From an uncultured Actinomycetes bacterium (GTDB lineage: Bacteria > Actinomycetota > Thermoleophilia > RBG-16-64-13): a stretch of DNA of 64,000 nt. This document shows, in pieces, positions 1 through 10,654 of the stretch (position 1 is its first letter; each line of letters opens with the position of its first letter). Where the stretch lies: NCBI GenBank assembly GCA_963841735.1, contig CAWJDT010000001.1:1472001-1536000 (forward strand), given 5' to 3'. Made by a program: the position numbers and the translations under genes. The notes under the pieces are model-generated. The model saw nothing but the letters and a program-made list of their open reading frames with translations. It ran no database searches and was not told the DNA's origin.

Positions 1-1336
1 CTGTCTGCCAGTCCTCGCGGCCGATGACCTTGAAGCGTACTTCGAGGGTGCCTGGGTCGATGCGGACCCGCTCGATGGCGCCGGGGGCGGCCCGCATGCC
101 GAATTCTATATGCGACCCCTCCAGGGCCGGTCCGGTGGCGCAAGACGTGGAAAGCATCCGCCGCCGGTTACCCAGCACCAGTTCACCGTTGGTGCCGATA
201 TCGATGATCAGGATGACCTCGTCATGCAGGTAGGGCTCTTCGGCGATCAGCACCCCCACGTTGTCGGCCCCCACAAATCCGGCTTCCACCGGCAGAACAT
301 GCAGACGGCAGCCCGGGTGAAACGCAAGACCGACGGCGGAGGCCTGTATGTCGACCGGTCCGCGCACGGCGGGCACGAAGGGCGCGGCACCCAGGTAGCG
401 GGCGTCGATACCGAGGAAGAGGTGGTGCATGGCGGTGTTGCCGACCATGACCACATCGAAGATGTCGCCCAGGGCGGCACCACAGCTCCGCACGGCCTGT
501 TCCGCCAATCCGTTGACTTCGTCTGCCACCACGCGCTGCAATTCGGCAAGGCCGCTTTCGTTGTGGATAGTGTGATGCAACCGGGCGATCACGTCGTCTC
601 CGAAAGCCACTTGGGGGTTCATGGACGATTCTGTGGCAAGCACCTCTCCGCTCTGCAAATCAGTCAGGTAGGCAGCTATCGTGGTCGTGCCGATGTCCAC
701 AGCTAGTCCGAGGAGGCGGACGTCGGTGCCTGCAGCGCGCACGTCCACGACCACCCCCCCTGTCTCCCCGGGTTGCCACACCACGATGTCCAAGTCCCAT
801 TTGGCTCCACGCGCGATGCCCGGCAGGGTCTTAAGGATCTCGTAGTCTAGGGTCACTCCGGCAAGGCCGTGCTCTCGCTCCAGTGCAGCCACGATGCGTT
901 CGGTGTCGGCCAGAGGATCGTCCAGGGTGGGGGCGGTGAGCGTCACCCGGTAGCGCTTCACCGCGGGATCGACGGGTACGGTACGCGCTCCGGCCTCTTT
1001 GCGGACCACCGGCCGATTGCGGCGGCTCTCCTGGGGCACGAAGACCCGGACGTCGCTTCTCACCAGCGTCTGGCAGGCCAGCCGAGTGCCCGCGGCCAGG
1101 GCATCCCTATCCAAGGCCTGGCGTTCTATCTCCGTTGGAGGGGAAGTACCCTCGGCGGCCGACTCGATGAGCACCCGGCATTTCTTGCAGGTGCCCTTGC
1201 CACCGCAGGAACTCTCTATCTCCACCCCGAGGCTGCGGGCCGCGGACAGCAGATCTTGTCCGATCGCGGCCATGCCTCTTCTGCCCGAAGGCTGGAAGGT
1301 GAGCGTGGGATCTATCCCCTTGCCTGGCCCTGCCAC
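1..1336 (-). CDS. ASKHA-domain (DUF4445/RACo-type) corrinoid reductive activator with N-terminal 2Fe-2S ferredoxin; 3' end outside window
   Basis: Not in ORF track because it runs off the edge. Manual translation from GTG at 1336 (RBS GAGGAG) gives ...GVEIESSCGGKGTCKKCRV (2Fe-2S) and, in the same frame, IDIGTNGELVLG...SCATGPALEG...GMRAAPGAIERV. Confidence 0.85.
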   Translation of the reverse strand, partial: MAGPGKGIDPTLTFQPSGRRGMAAIGQDLLSAARSLGVEIESSCGGKGTCKKCRVLIESAAEGTSPPTEIERQALDRDALAAGTRLACQTLVRSDVRVFVPQESRRNRPVVRKEAGARTVPVDPAVKRYRVTLTAPTLDDPLADTERIVAALEREHGLAGVTLDYEILKTLPGIARGAKWDLDIVVWQPGETGGVVVDVRAAGTDVRLLGLAVDIGTTTIAAYLTDLQSGEVLATESSMNPQVAFGDDVIARLHHTIHNESGLAELQRVVADEVNGLAEQAVRSCGAALGDIFDVVMVGNTAMHHLFLGIDARYLGAAPFVPAVRGPVDIQASAVGLAFHPGCRLHVLPVEAGFVGADNVGVLIAEEPYLHDEVILIIDIGTNGELVLGNRRRMLSTSCATGPALEGSHIEFGMRAAPGAIERVRIDPGTLEVRFKVIGREDWQT

Positions 1337-1356
1337 AGGTTCTCCTCTCGCACGTG

Positions 1357-1950
1357 CTATTCGATGTCCAGTCGCGCTGCTTCTTCGGGCGCCTGCTGCT
1401 TGAGCAGCTCGAAATCGGCATACTGGGTGAGGATGTTGAAGCTTGCTAGGAGGTCGGCGAAATCCAGGTCGCCCCGGGAGTAATGGTCGTATAGGCTCAT
1501 GTAGTCTACGTACCAGGACTCTTCGGCAAGCTCCTCCATTCCAATGGACGTCAGGGAGCTCATCTCCTTCTGTTCGGCGGCGGTGAGCTCCGATCGCTGC
1601 CACCCGAACACCACTAGTCTCTGAATGTACTCTTCCTTGAGGTCTTCCACCTCGGTCCGGATCGCGTCCGGCTGCGGATTGTCTTCCAGCAGGCCGACGA
1701 GTCTCTGCATGAGTTCGGACCAAGTATCGATCGCCCCAGTGGCAACGGCGGCCGCGGTGACTCGGGGCTCGGCAGTAGTGGCGGCAGCCGCGGCAACGGG
1801 CGGCCGCATTGTCGAGGATCCGCCCGAGGGAATCGAGCCGCACCCGGTCACCAGCGGAACCATGGTGAGCAGCCCGCAGGCCAAGATAGCGCCGACTACC
1901 AGGGCGAGGCGCCGACGGTCAAGTGGCCGGGAGGGCTTGGATGTGATCAC
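1357..1950 (-). CDS. Hypothetical lipoprotein
   Basis: Basic N-terminus, hydrophobic stretch, lipobox-like VTGC, Ala/Thr linker; GTGA overlap with the upstream GH3 stop. Confidence 0.65.
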   Translation of the reverse strand: MITSKPSRPLDRRRLALVVGAILACGLLTMVPLVTGCGSIPSGGSSTMRPPVAAAAATTAEPRVTAAAVATGAIDTWSELMQRLVGLLEDNPQPDAIRTEVEDLKEEYIQRLVVFGWQRSELTAAEQKEMSSLTSIGMEELAEESWYVDYMSLYDHYSRGDLDFADLLASFNILTQYADFELLKQQAPEEAARLDIE

Positions 1951-3251
1951 CGGGTGACTCCATGGTCGGAGGGGACGCTCGTTCGACGAGACTGGTCCAT
2001 GGTATCAACCGATGCAACGATCTCGTGGCGGAGCTTCAGTTTCAGGACACGCTCCACAGCGTCGTCCAGCCGGGCTTGATCCAGATCCCCGGACTGTACG
2101 GCCGCCGTTATGGCGTCGATCAGGGCCAGATTCTGCTCCAGCGTTCCCGTGGATATAAGTAGGTCGCAGCCTGCCTTGAGCGCGGCCACGGCGAGTCCGC
2201 CTAGGCCGGTGTTCCCTGTGGCGCTGGTGCCCTTCGCCGCAGCCATGCTCAGGTCATCGGTGATCACTATCCCCGTGAACCCCAAATCTTGGCGGAGCAG
2301 ACCATCGACTACCAGCGTCGACAACGAGGCCGGTATGTCCGGGTCGTACGCGCCGGCGATGATATGGGCCACCATGACTCCCTCGACGCCGGCAGCGATG
2401 GCGGCTTGGAACGGGGGGAGGTGGATGGTGTCGAAAGCGGTCTTGTCCGCGTCTGAGACGACGGTCTCCCCGTGGGTGTTGCCGGTGGCGCTCCCGTGTC
2501 CAGGGAAGTGTTTGATCACCGCAATCAGTCCTTGCGCCTCGAAGGCCTCGGTGACGCCCCGGACGTAGTTGGAGACAAGGGTGGGGTCACCCCCGAAGGT
2601 CCGGTCGTAGAGGAACGAGTTTCGGTCGGATACCACGTCGGCCACGGGGGCAAGGTTCATGTTCACGCCCAAGCTAAGAAGTCCAAGAGCCGTCTCGGTG
2701 GCCAGCCGCTCCGTCTCCGCCACGGTGGATTCTTCGCCCAGGGTGCGGGCGGAGGGGAGATCCGGCACGCCCTCGTGGATGCGTTGCACCGATCCACCTT
2801 CCTGGTCGACAGCGATCAGGAGACCCACCGGTAACCCACCGGTCGCCGCCGCCCCCTGGAGAGCCGCGGTCAGCGCGCGCAGCTGGTCGGTTCCGTCCAC
2901 GTTATAACCCAGAAGGAGGAGCCCGCCCGGGGGCCCAGCTTTCAGCAGAGCGGAGGTCGACTCGGTCAAGGCGGTGCCGGAGAAGCCAAGAAGGAGTACT
3001 TGGGCGGCCTTCTGGCGGAGGGTCATGCCGGCCAGAATCTCTTTAGTGGGAGAAAGCGTTGTGGTGGTGGGGGCGATGGTCGTGGGCGCAGAAGTCACGG
3101 CCGTGGTGGCGGGGGCTGCCGCCGGGCGGTCGGTAGACGAAGGAGAGCACCCGGGTCCCGACATGGTCAAGAACAGCACCACTAGCGAGGCCACAAGCGC
3201 GCCTCCTAAGAGGCGGGTCTTGGTTTGACGACGATCCACGCTCAAGAGCAT
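1947..3251 (-). CDS. nagZ: Glycoside hydrolase family 3 beta-N-acetylhexosaminidase, exported or lipoprotein
   Basis: AVDQEGG, NMNLAPVADV, KHFPGHG and ITDDLSM motifs; N-terminal signal and Thr-rich linker. Confidence 0.85.
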   Translation of the reverse strand: MLLSVDRRQTKTRLLGGALVASLVVLFLTMSGPGCSPSSTDRPAAAPATTAVTSAPTTIAPTTTTLSPTKEILAGMTLRQKAAQVLLLGFSGTALTESTSALLKAGPPGGLLLLGYNVDGTDQLRALTAALQGAAATGGLPVGLLIAVDQEGGSVQRIHEGVPDLPSARTLGEESTVAETERLATETALGLLSLGVNMNLAPVADVVSDRNSFLYDRTFGGDPTLVSNYVRGVTEAFEAQGLIAVIKHFPGHGSATGNTHGETVVSDADKTAFDTIHLPPFQAAIAAGVEGVMVAHIIAGAYDPDIPASLSTLVVDGLLRQDLGFTGIVITDDLSMAAAKGTSATGNTGLGGLAVAALKAGCDLLISTGTLEQNLALIDAITAAVQSGDLDQARLDDAVERVLKLKLRHEIVASVDTMDQSRRTSVPSDHGVTR

Positions 3252-3269
3252 ACCGCGGAAGGGGGTTGC

Positions 3270-3761
3270 TCAGGGATCGAGAACCAGAGGGGTCAACCGG
3301 TCGCAGGTCCAGCCCACAAGCTCGGCGCAGTGGTCTCGCCGCTCTTCGCTATCGTGGAACAGCTTGCGCCCATTGGGAGTGCTGAGGTCGTGGCCGGTGA
3401 TGTCGCCGCAGCGGACGGCCTCAAACTGTTGGCCGAACCCGCGAATGAGCCCCTGCAGGCCTTCGGATAGGGGGGGCTTGTCCGGGTCCGGCGTGGGTTG
3501 GTTGGCGGCGGCGTGTCCCGTCCGCTCGTACTCGCACAGCCCGAGAGCCAGCGTCGCTCCCGTGAGTGCTCCGCAGGTCTCGCCCATAGTGACTAGGCCA
3601 CCTCCGAAGAACCGGCCCATTTTTGCCAACTCCGGATCGTATCCACGCACCAGCAGCGCATAGCGCGTGACTGCTTGGGCGCAGTTGATGTGGCCAGGGC
3701 CCTGGTCGGCGAAGCGGGCCAAGACGTCGGCCTTGGCTTCATCGGGTGGCATCTGGGTCAT
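3270..3761 (-). CDS. C-GCAxxG-C-C family putative redox protein
   Basis: NCAQAV...FGGG...ETCGALTG...VRCGDI...HCAELV cysteine pattern. Confidence 0.8.
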   Translation of the reverse strand: MTQMPPDEAKADVLARFADQGPGHINCAQAVTRYALLVRGYDPELAKMGRFFGGGLVTMGETCGALTGATLALGLCEYERTGHAAANQPTPDPDKPPLSEGLQGLIRGFGQQFEAVRCGDITGHDLSTPNGRKLFHDSEERRDHCAELVGWTCDRLTPLVLDP

Positions 3762-3763
3762 TA

Positions 3764-4969
3764 TCAGCAGCCCTCCTCCAGGTTGACCAGCAGGCGAAGC
3801 AGTAGGGCCGCGCTTGAGCCCACGGCGATTATGCAGCCGATGACGATGATACCCAGGCTAAAACTGGCTCGCTGACCCACGTAGCCGAGAACGGTCGGAA
3901 GAAGGCCCCCCCCGAACAGGAACGCCAACGGGGGACCCGTGGCGTTGGCCAAACTACGGTAGGTGGGTTGGACGATGCGCGACAGGGCCGCGAAAGCCGG
4001 CGGAAAGAAACAGACCGCCAGCCCGGCCATGAGGACCACGCTGACCTTCAGCCCAACTCCCGACAGGCTGCCCACGAGGATCATCGCCCCGCCGGTGAGA
4101 AACAAGAACAGTCCAATCGCCTTCTTCTCCCCGATGCGGGACGTGATCCACCCGGAGATGAACACGGTGACAAGCGGTGCGATGTTGGCCAGGCCTAGGA
4201 GGGTGTTGGCCCCATCGGGGGTCATGCCTCGCTCGTTGTGGAGGTACAGCGGCAACATTGTGTAGACGCCCACCTGCGCGCCCATGCCCAAGGCGAAGAG
4301 GAAGATCATCACGTAGAACGAGCGGGTGCGTATCACCGGCCCCAGGAATGCTCGGTTTGGCGGGTCACCCGGGAACGCTCCGACTCCACCGGTAAACAGC
4401 CAGAAGATCAGGCCTAGCAGGGCGCTCAGGCCCGCGATCCAGAGAAGAGCTGTGTTCCAGGCGAACCATTTGAGCAGGAGCACCGCGATGAGCGGTCCTG
4501 CCACCAGGCTCAGGGGCGGGCCCAATTGCTGGATGGAAAGGGCTTTGCCCCAGTCCTCCTTGCGGACCATGGCCGTGATGGTGGCTACCGATGATGGGAG
4601 GTGGAGCCCGGCGCTTATACCAAGGAAGACGAATACCACCAATAGCGCCCACAGTGAATTGGCGAAATATGCTCCCGCAAGAGAGGCGGCGGTTGCGAAT
4701 AGGGATATGACGATGGCCCCGCGATGCTTGACTCGGCTGGACACGAAGCCGGCGGCCAGTGAGCCGAACAGCGACCCGAAAGCGCCCGCCAGGAAGAGCG
4801 AGCCACCTTGGCTGGCGGTGAGAACGAAACGCGGGTCGGCCTCGATGGCGGGCATCAAGGGCGAGAAGATGAAGCGCGAGACAAAGGTCATCAGAAAGAG
4901 CACGGTCATAAACACGATGGTGCCTACTACCGTGCGAAGGGGTTGGGGAGTGGGACAGGCTTTGGCCAT
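3764..4969 (-). CDS. MFS transporter
   Basis: 401 aa with about 12 hydrophobic segments; GFVSSRVKHR and GWITSRIGEK loop motifs. Confidence 0.85.
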   Translation of the reverse strand: MAKACPTPQPLRTVVGTIVFMTVLFLMTFVSRFIFSPLMPAIEADPRFVLTASQGGSLFLAGAFGSLFGSLAAGFVSSRVKHRGAIVISLFATAASLAGAYFANSLWALLVVFVFLGISAGLHLPSSVATITAMVRKEDWGKALSIQQLGPPLSLVAGPLIAVLLLKWFAWNTALLWIAGLSALLGLIFWLFTGGVGAFPGDPPNRAFLGPVIRTRSFYVMIFLFALGMGAQVGVYTMLPLYLHNERGMTPDGANTLLGLANIAPLVTVFISGWITSRIGEKKAIGLFLFLTGGAMILVGSLSGVGLKVSVVLMAGLAVCFFPPAFAALSRIVQPTYRSLANATGPPLAFLFGGGLLPTVLGYVGQRASFSLGIIVIGCIIAVGSSAALLLRLLVNLEEGC

Positions 4970-4991
4970 GAACTCTCTCCTTATCGGTGCG

Positions 4992-5792
4992 TCACGTGTA
5001 GATGTCCCTCCGCGCGAAGGCCGTCACCGCGCCTGCGGCCAGCACGCACGCGCCGGTGAGCATCAGCAGCACGGCTGTCCAGGGGAAGCCTCCCTCCAGG
5101 GGGCTGCCCAGGTGGTGGAACAGGGAGAACACTCCGGCGGGTTCCATGACCTTGGTCGCCTTGGCCAGGCTGTCGATCACGTACATGGCCACCAGTATGG
5201 CGGCAGGTACGACCGTGGCCAGCACCGCCCGTCGTGCGAGCGTTGAGATCAGCAGGCCGAGGGTGCCAAAGAGGAGACAGAATGGCCACAGCGCGGCCAG
5301 ACCGACGGCCAGATGGCCGGGGCTCAGGTCTACTCCCGCGATGGGTACGGCTATCAAGGTGATCACCCATGTGATGGCCAACACTCCGGCCAGCGAGATC
5401 GCCATGGTCACGGCCGCTCCTACTATCACTCGCCAGCGTGGCAGCGGGTTGCTGAGAAGGAGGTCAAAGGTCTTGCGCTCCTCACTCCCGGCGACCGCTC
5501 GCGTGCCTATGGCTATGGCCATAAAGGGGAGGGCCACGGGGACGATGGCGTTCATAAGCTCGAGGTCCAGCCACCGCTCGACGGTGATAGGACCCTGGAG
5601 ATCGCCCAGGAATCCCAGAAGGTAGTCGGGCGCGTTCTTCACATAGTCGTCAAGGAGGGCGCCCATGCTGGGGAAGAGGGCGACGTAGAGCGCTCCCAGA
5701 GCGCCCAGCGCACACCCCCATATGAGAAGCCCGCGCCAGCGGTTGCGCAGCTCGTGGGAGACGATGGTCCACGTCCCTTTCACGCCTGCCAT
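4992..5792 (-). CDS. ABC-2 type transporter permease
   Basis: ATG at 5792 after AGGGAG; six TM segments, EERKTFDLLLSNPLPR, ends FARRDIYT. Confidence 0.8.
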   Translation of the reverse strand: MAGVKGTWTIVSHELRNRWRGLLIWGCALGALGALYVALFPSMGALLDDYVKNAPDYLLGFLGDLQGPITVERWLDLELMNAIVPVALPFMAIAIGTRAVAGSEERKTFDLLLSNPLPRWRVIVGAAVTMAISLAGVLAITWVITLIAVPIAGVDLSPGHLAVGLAALWPFCLLFGTLGLLISTLARRAVLATVVPAAILVAMYVIDSLAKATKVMEPAGVFSLFHHLGSPLEGGFPWTAVLLMLTGACVLAAGAVTAFARRDIYT

Positions 5793-6683
5793 TGCTCCCT
5801 CTTGTCGTAGTAGCCGAGGAAGACCTCGTCCAGACTGGGATTCTCTACGCTCATGTCCACGAGGGTATGTTTTGCCGCCAGTTTGATGACCGCGTCCATG
5901 CCGTCCAAGAGCCGCAGGGATATCGTCGCCCCGCGCGCCTCGACGTCGCTCACGCCTGGTAGACCGGCGAACGGCGCCGCGTCCACAGGAGCGGCGAAGA
6001 TCATGGTGACCTGCTTGCGGCGTTTCTCCAGCAGTGAAGAGGTGGTTTCGACCGCCGCCAGTCGGCTCGCCCGCACGATACGCCACCCGGTCGCACACGC
6101 GCTCCACCTCCGACAGCACGTGGGACGACAGGAACACCGTGCGCCCTTCGTCTCTGGCCTCGCGCACGATTTGCAGGAAGTTGTCCTGCACCAGGGGGTC
6201 CAACCCGGTGGTCGGCTCATCCAGGATGAGCAGCGCGGGTCGATGGAAGAGGGCCTGTATGAGGCCGATCTTCTGCCGGTTGCCCCGGCTCAGGCGTCCC
6301 ATGGGCAGGTCTAGGTCGAGATCGAGTCGGGCCGCCAGTTGCGGTGCCACCCCCAGATCGTCCACGCCGCGCAGCCGGCCGAAGTAGGACAGCAGCTCCC
6401 GACCGGTCATGCGCGGTTCGAGTCCGAACTCCCCGGGCAGGTAGCCGACAGCACGGCGCACCGCGACGCTGTCGCGGTGCGCGTGCATCCCCAGTATGTG
6501 AGCGGATCCACTGCTGGGATGCAGAAGGTCGAGCAGAAGCCGGATGGTAGTGGTCTTGCCGGCTCCGTTGGGCCCGATGAAGCCAAATACCTCGCCCGGC
6601 CGTACTTCCAGGTCGAGGCTTTCGATGCCCGGTCGGCGGCCGTATCTCTTGGTGAGGCTCTCTGTCAGCACCGCCGGGGGCAT
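5780..6683 (-). CDS. ABC transporter ATP-binding protein (apparent frameshift near 6085)
   Basis: GPNGAGKTT, LSRGNRQK, LILDEPT, SSHVL; the C-terminal part (SLDEVFLGYY) is in the 5780..6220 frame. Confidence 0.85.
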
Positions 6684-6698
6684 AGGCAGACCTTCGTC

Positions 6699-7570
6699 TC
6701 AGGTTGTTTCGTTGGGCAGCAGCGGCCGAAAGAATAGATTGTACTGGTGATCGCCGCTGGTCCACAAGGTGATCTGGGTGGCCTGCGCCAGGAGGGGCTG
6801 CAACTCGGTGAGATCGGCGCCGGAGACTACCACGGCTCTGTATCCCTCGGGCATGACCGGGGCGCCCAGAGTGCTCAGGTCGCCAAGCGGCCAGGTCAAC
6901 TCGTTCGGCTGGGACATCGCCGGGGTTCGAAGGGATGCTGGGGTCGACGGCGGCGCTGAAGACCTTCACCGCCGTGTAGGCGTACGGTTGCCACTTGATC
7001 TCGCCCGGTTCGTAGTCGGTGAGGACGCCCAACTTGCCCACCAGCTCGTTGATGGCGGCCCTGGCCTGTTGTTGTTCCATGGTGAGTCCGCCGGCGCCCA
7101 GCTCCGCGCCTAGGGCATAGATGCTGGTGCTAAAGGTCTGGCCATCGGCGCTGATCAGGACGGTGGTTGTGTTCATGTCGGTGATCCCGGGCTGGCCGTA
7201 GCCAACGCCATTTGCGAACAGACCGGCTTCTCTGGCTGCCGAGAGGATCTCCTGGATGGCGTCTTCAGAGATACGGGTGGTTTGCAGATTGGGCATGGCC
7301 GGCCCTGGATAGATCTCGATCATCGGTCCGGTGACGATGACCGTGCCATCGCCGTAGAGCGTGAACTGCGGCAAGGCAGTCAGATTGTATGAGATGGGGA
7401 CGAACCCACCTCCGGCCGAGACCTGGAGTACGATCTGGTCTTTGCCGGTGGGGTGCGGGGTCGAAGTCTCCCCCCGAACCGCCGCCACAGGCTCCGAGAG
7501 TGAGCAGGAGCGTTGTGAGCAGGACGGCCGTCGAAACGGCGCGGCCTGGTAAGGAAACTGAGCGGGACAT
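6699..7570 (-). CDS. Hypothetical lipoprotein (two apparent frameshifts)
   Basis: Signal and LGAC lipobox (7265..7588 frame), core GGFVP...PQFTLYGDGTVI (6217..7575 frame), C-terminus WPL...FRPLLPNE (6699..6917 frame). Confidence 0.65.
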
Positions 7571-7731
7571 CGCAAAACCCCCTGTCATTGGTTACCGTCG
7601 TCGATGCGACGTTTGTCCCCCGGGACGGCGTTCCGCAACCGGCCCTGGAGCGCATCTGGCCAGCCGGACTTGAAGACCGGCGTTTCTGCCCTTAGCATAG
7701 GCAATTCACGCACCACAACACAGGGGGCATC

Positions 7732-8897
7732 ATGCTCTACAGGGCTTTCGGATCGACAGGAGCGCAGACCTCCATCCTCGGCTTTGGCTGCATGCGGCTG
7801 CCGCTGCTCGACGCACAGACCAACCACATCGATGTTCCGTTGGCCACGCAGATGCTCCGATACGCCATCGACCAGGGAGTCAACTACGTAGACACGGCCT
7901 ATCCCTATCACTCCGCTTCGTTTGATGGCTCTCCCGGCGCCAGCGAAGGCTTTCTGGGCGAGGCGCTTCAGGGTGGATATCGGGAGAAAGTGTTGGTGGC
8001 CACCAAGCTGCCGGGCTGGCATGTGAAGTCTCGAGCCGACATGGACAGGATCCTCGCCGGCCAGCTGGAGCGACTGCGTTCGCGACTGCATCGACTGCTA
8101 CTTGATGCACGGCCTGAACGGCTCTGAGTTCGAGCGGCTGGTGGGACTTGGCGCCCTCGAGTTCCTCGACGCCGCCAAGGCGGCGGGCACGATCCGTTTC
8201 GCCGGCTTCTCCTTCCACGACGAGGCTCCGGCCTTCGCTCCCATCGTCGATGCCTACGATTGGGACTTCTGCCAGATCCAGTACAACTTCATGGACATGG
8301 AGTATCAGGCAGGAGCCGCTGGGCTTGCCCACGCGGCGGCGAAAGGGCTGGCCGTGGTGGTGATGGAGCCGCTCAAAGGCGGTCGGCTGGCGGGGACGGT
8401 GCCGGCCCCCATCCAGGCTGTGTGGGACGAAGCGTGCCGTCACAAGGACTCCGGCAGAGTGGGCACTCCGTTTTGTGTGGGACGACCCCCGGGTGAGCCT
8501 GTTGCTCAGTGGCATGTCGACCATGGAGCAGGTAGTCGAGAACGTGGAGATCGCCTCTCGAGCGCGTCCGCAAAGTCTTAGTCCGGCAGATCTTGAGCTT
8601 ATCGAGCGAGTGCGGCAGGCATACAAGGAGCGCACCGTGGTGGACTGCACCGGTTGCCGCTACTGCATGCCTTGTCCGCAAGGCATAGACATTCCCATGG
8701 TGTTCTCCTGCCTGAACAACGCATCACTGTTCGATGCCCCTGGCGAGGAGTTGCGCAACTACAACATAGAGGTCAAGATCGGGCATACGGCTCCGGCTTC
8801 GGCGTGCGCGGAGTGCGGCCAGTGTGAAGAGGCCTGTCCCCAGCAGATAGGGGTGAGCCAGGAGATGAAGAAGGTCGTGGAGATCTTCGAGGCCTAG
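7732..8897 (+). CDS. Aldo/keto reductase with C-terminal 4Fe-4S dicluster (frameshifted)
   Basis: LGFGCMRLP, NYVDTAYPY, GFSFHD, QIQYN, VMEPLKGG, CTGCRYCMPCP, CAECGQCEEACP spread over three frames. Confidence 0.85.
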
Positions 8898-8905
8898 GAG
8901 TCAGT

Positions 8906-9418
8906 GTGAGACGCGAGGTCAAGGGCTCTCAGAATGTCAGCCGGATGTGTTTGGTCTGCGGCGTGGAGAACGCAGCTGGTCTGAAGGCCCGCTTCTTCGA
9001 GGTGGACAACGGTGAATTGGTGGGGGTCTTTCGGCCCCTAGTCGAGCATCAAGGCTATCCTGGCCGCATGCACGGGGGATTGGTGTCGGCCATTCTTGAC
9101 GAGACCATCGGCCGTGCTGTCAGCATCAGCGAAGAGCAGACTTGGGGGGTGACAATCGAGTTCACCATCAAGTTCCGCAAGCCGGTGCCCCTGGATCGCG
9201 AAGTCAAGGCCGTCGGGCGGATCACCCGCGACTCGCGCCGCGTATTTGAGGGGACAGGTGAGATAGTGCTCGATGACGGCACCGTCGCGGCTGAGGCTCA
9301 GGGCAAGTACTTGAAGATGCCCATCGACGAGATCGCCTCCTTCGACTTCAGCGATAACGAATGGTTTGCGGATGTTCTTCCCTTGCCGGATAGCGTGGAC
9401 GTGGGTAGCGAGGGCTGA
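8906..9418 (+). CDS. PaaI family thioesterase (hotdog fold)
   Basis: CLVCG..N..GL, HQGYPGRMHGGLVSAILDE. Confidence 0.85.
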   Translation: MRREVKGSQNVSRMCLVCGVENAAGLKARFFEVDNGELVGVFRPLVEHQGYPGRMHGGLVSAILDETIGRAVSISEEQTWGVTIEFTIKFRKPVPLDREVKAVGRITRDSRRVFEGTGEIVLDDGTVAAEAQGKYLKMPIDEIASFDFSDNEWFADVLPLPDSVDVGSEG

Positions 9419-9483
9419 CGGGTTTCGGCCGGCGGGCTTGGGGCCGTGATACTGTAAATGAGTTAGGCCGGAGTCTTTCGCCG

Positions 9484-10645
9484 ATGTCTCCGGAGACGCT
9501 GACTCCGCACCGGGAGGTGGGTGACGTGGACACGGGCCATAGTTGGGTTCCGTTCGATCTGCTGGAAGCATTCATGGCGGACGTCTTCAAGGGCGTGGGT
9601 GTGCCCGACGAGGAGGCCCGTGTCTGCGCCGATGTGCTCATCGACGCCGACAAACGCGGCATCGACTCGCACGGCGTGGGCCGCCTCAAGACCATCTACT
9701 ACGACCGCATCGTCAAGGGCGGCATCCAGAAGCCGGTGACGCAGTTCGAGGTCGTGCGCGACCACAAGGCCACCGCGGTGGTCGACGGTCATGACGGCAT
9801 GGGGATGGTCATCGGCAAGCGCTGCATGCAGATGGCCATCGACAAGGCCCGGGACCACGGTCTGGGCATGGTGGTGGCCCGCAATTCCACCCACTACGGC
9901 TTCGCCGCCTACTACCCCCTGATGGCTGTCGACGCCGGCATGATCGGACTCACCGGCACCAACGCCCGTCCGTCTATCGCCCCCACCCATGGGGTGGAGA
10001 ACATGCTGGGCACCAACCCGCTGGTCTTCGCCATGCCCACCGACGAGCCGTTCCCGTTCACCAACGACTACGCCACCTCCGTCATCCAGCGGGGCAAGAT
10101 CGAGCAGTGGGCCCGGGAGGGCAAGGACTGCCCGGAGGGCCTGGTCATCAACGAGCGGGGCGAGTCGGCCACCGACTCCGTGCAGATCCTCAAGGATCTG
10201 GTCAAGGGCACCGCGGCCTTGGCTCCCATCGGCGGCCTCACCGAGGAGACCGGCGGCTACAAGGGCTACGGCTTTGCCACTGTGGTCGAGATCCTGTCGG
10301 CGGCCTTCTCGCAGGGAGCCTTCTTGAAGCAGCTCAGGCGGCAAGGATGCAGAAGGCAAGGACATCCCCATCCCCATCGGCCACTTCTTCCTGGCCATCG
10401 ACATCGAGTGCTTCACCGATCTCGCGGAGTTCAAGAAGACCACGGGCGACATCCTGCGCGCGCTGCGCGCCTCCACGAAGGCTCCGGGCAAGGAGCGCAT
10501 CTACACCTGCGGCGAGAAGGAGTATCTCGCCGGGCAGAAGCGCGAGGGCAAGGGCGTCCCGTTGGTGGCCGAGACCCAGCGAGAGCTGCTCACCATGCGC
10601 GACGAACTGGGCTTGGACTACGTGTTTCCGTTCGAGCGCGAGTAG
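9484..10645 (+). CDS. Ldh_2 family oxidoreductase (malate/L-lactate/ureidoglycolate dehydrogenase-like); frameshift near 10340
   Basis: ADKRGIDSHG, NSTHYG, LGTNPL, GGYKGYG; continues IGHFFLAID...IYTCGEKE in another frame to TAG at 10645. Confidence 0.85.
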
Positions 10646-10654
10646 CGCGTCGAG

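Noticed and set aside
4992-6683. ATPase-permease fusion (563 aa)
   Set aside because: Produced by a frameshift near 6085; the ATPase C-terminus and the permease start with its RBS exist separately.
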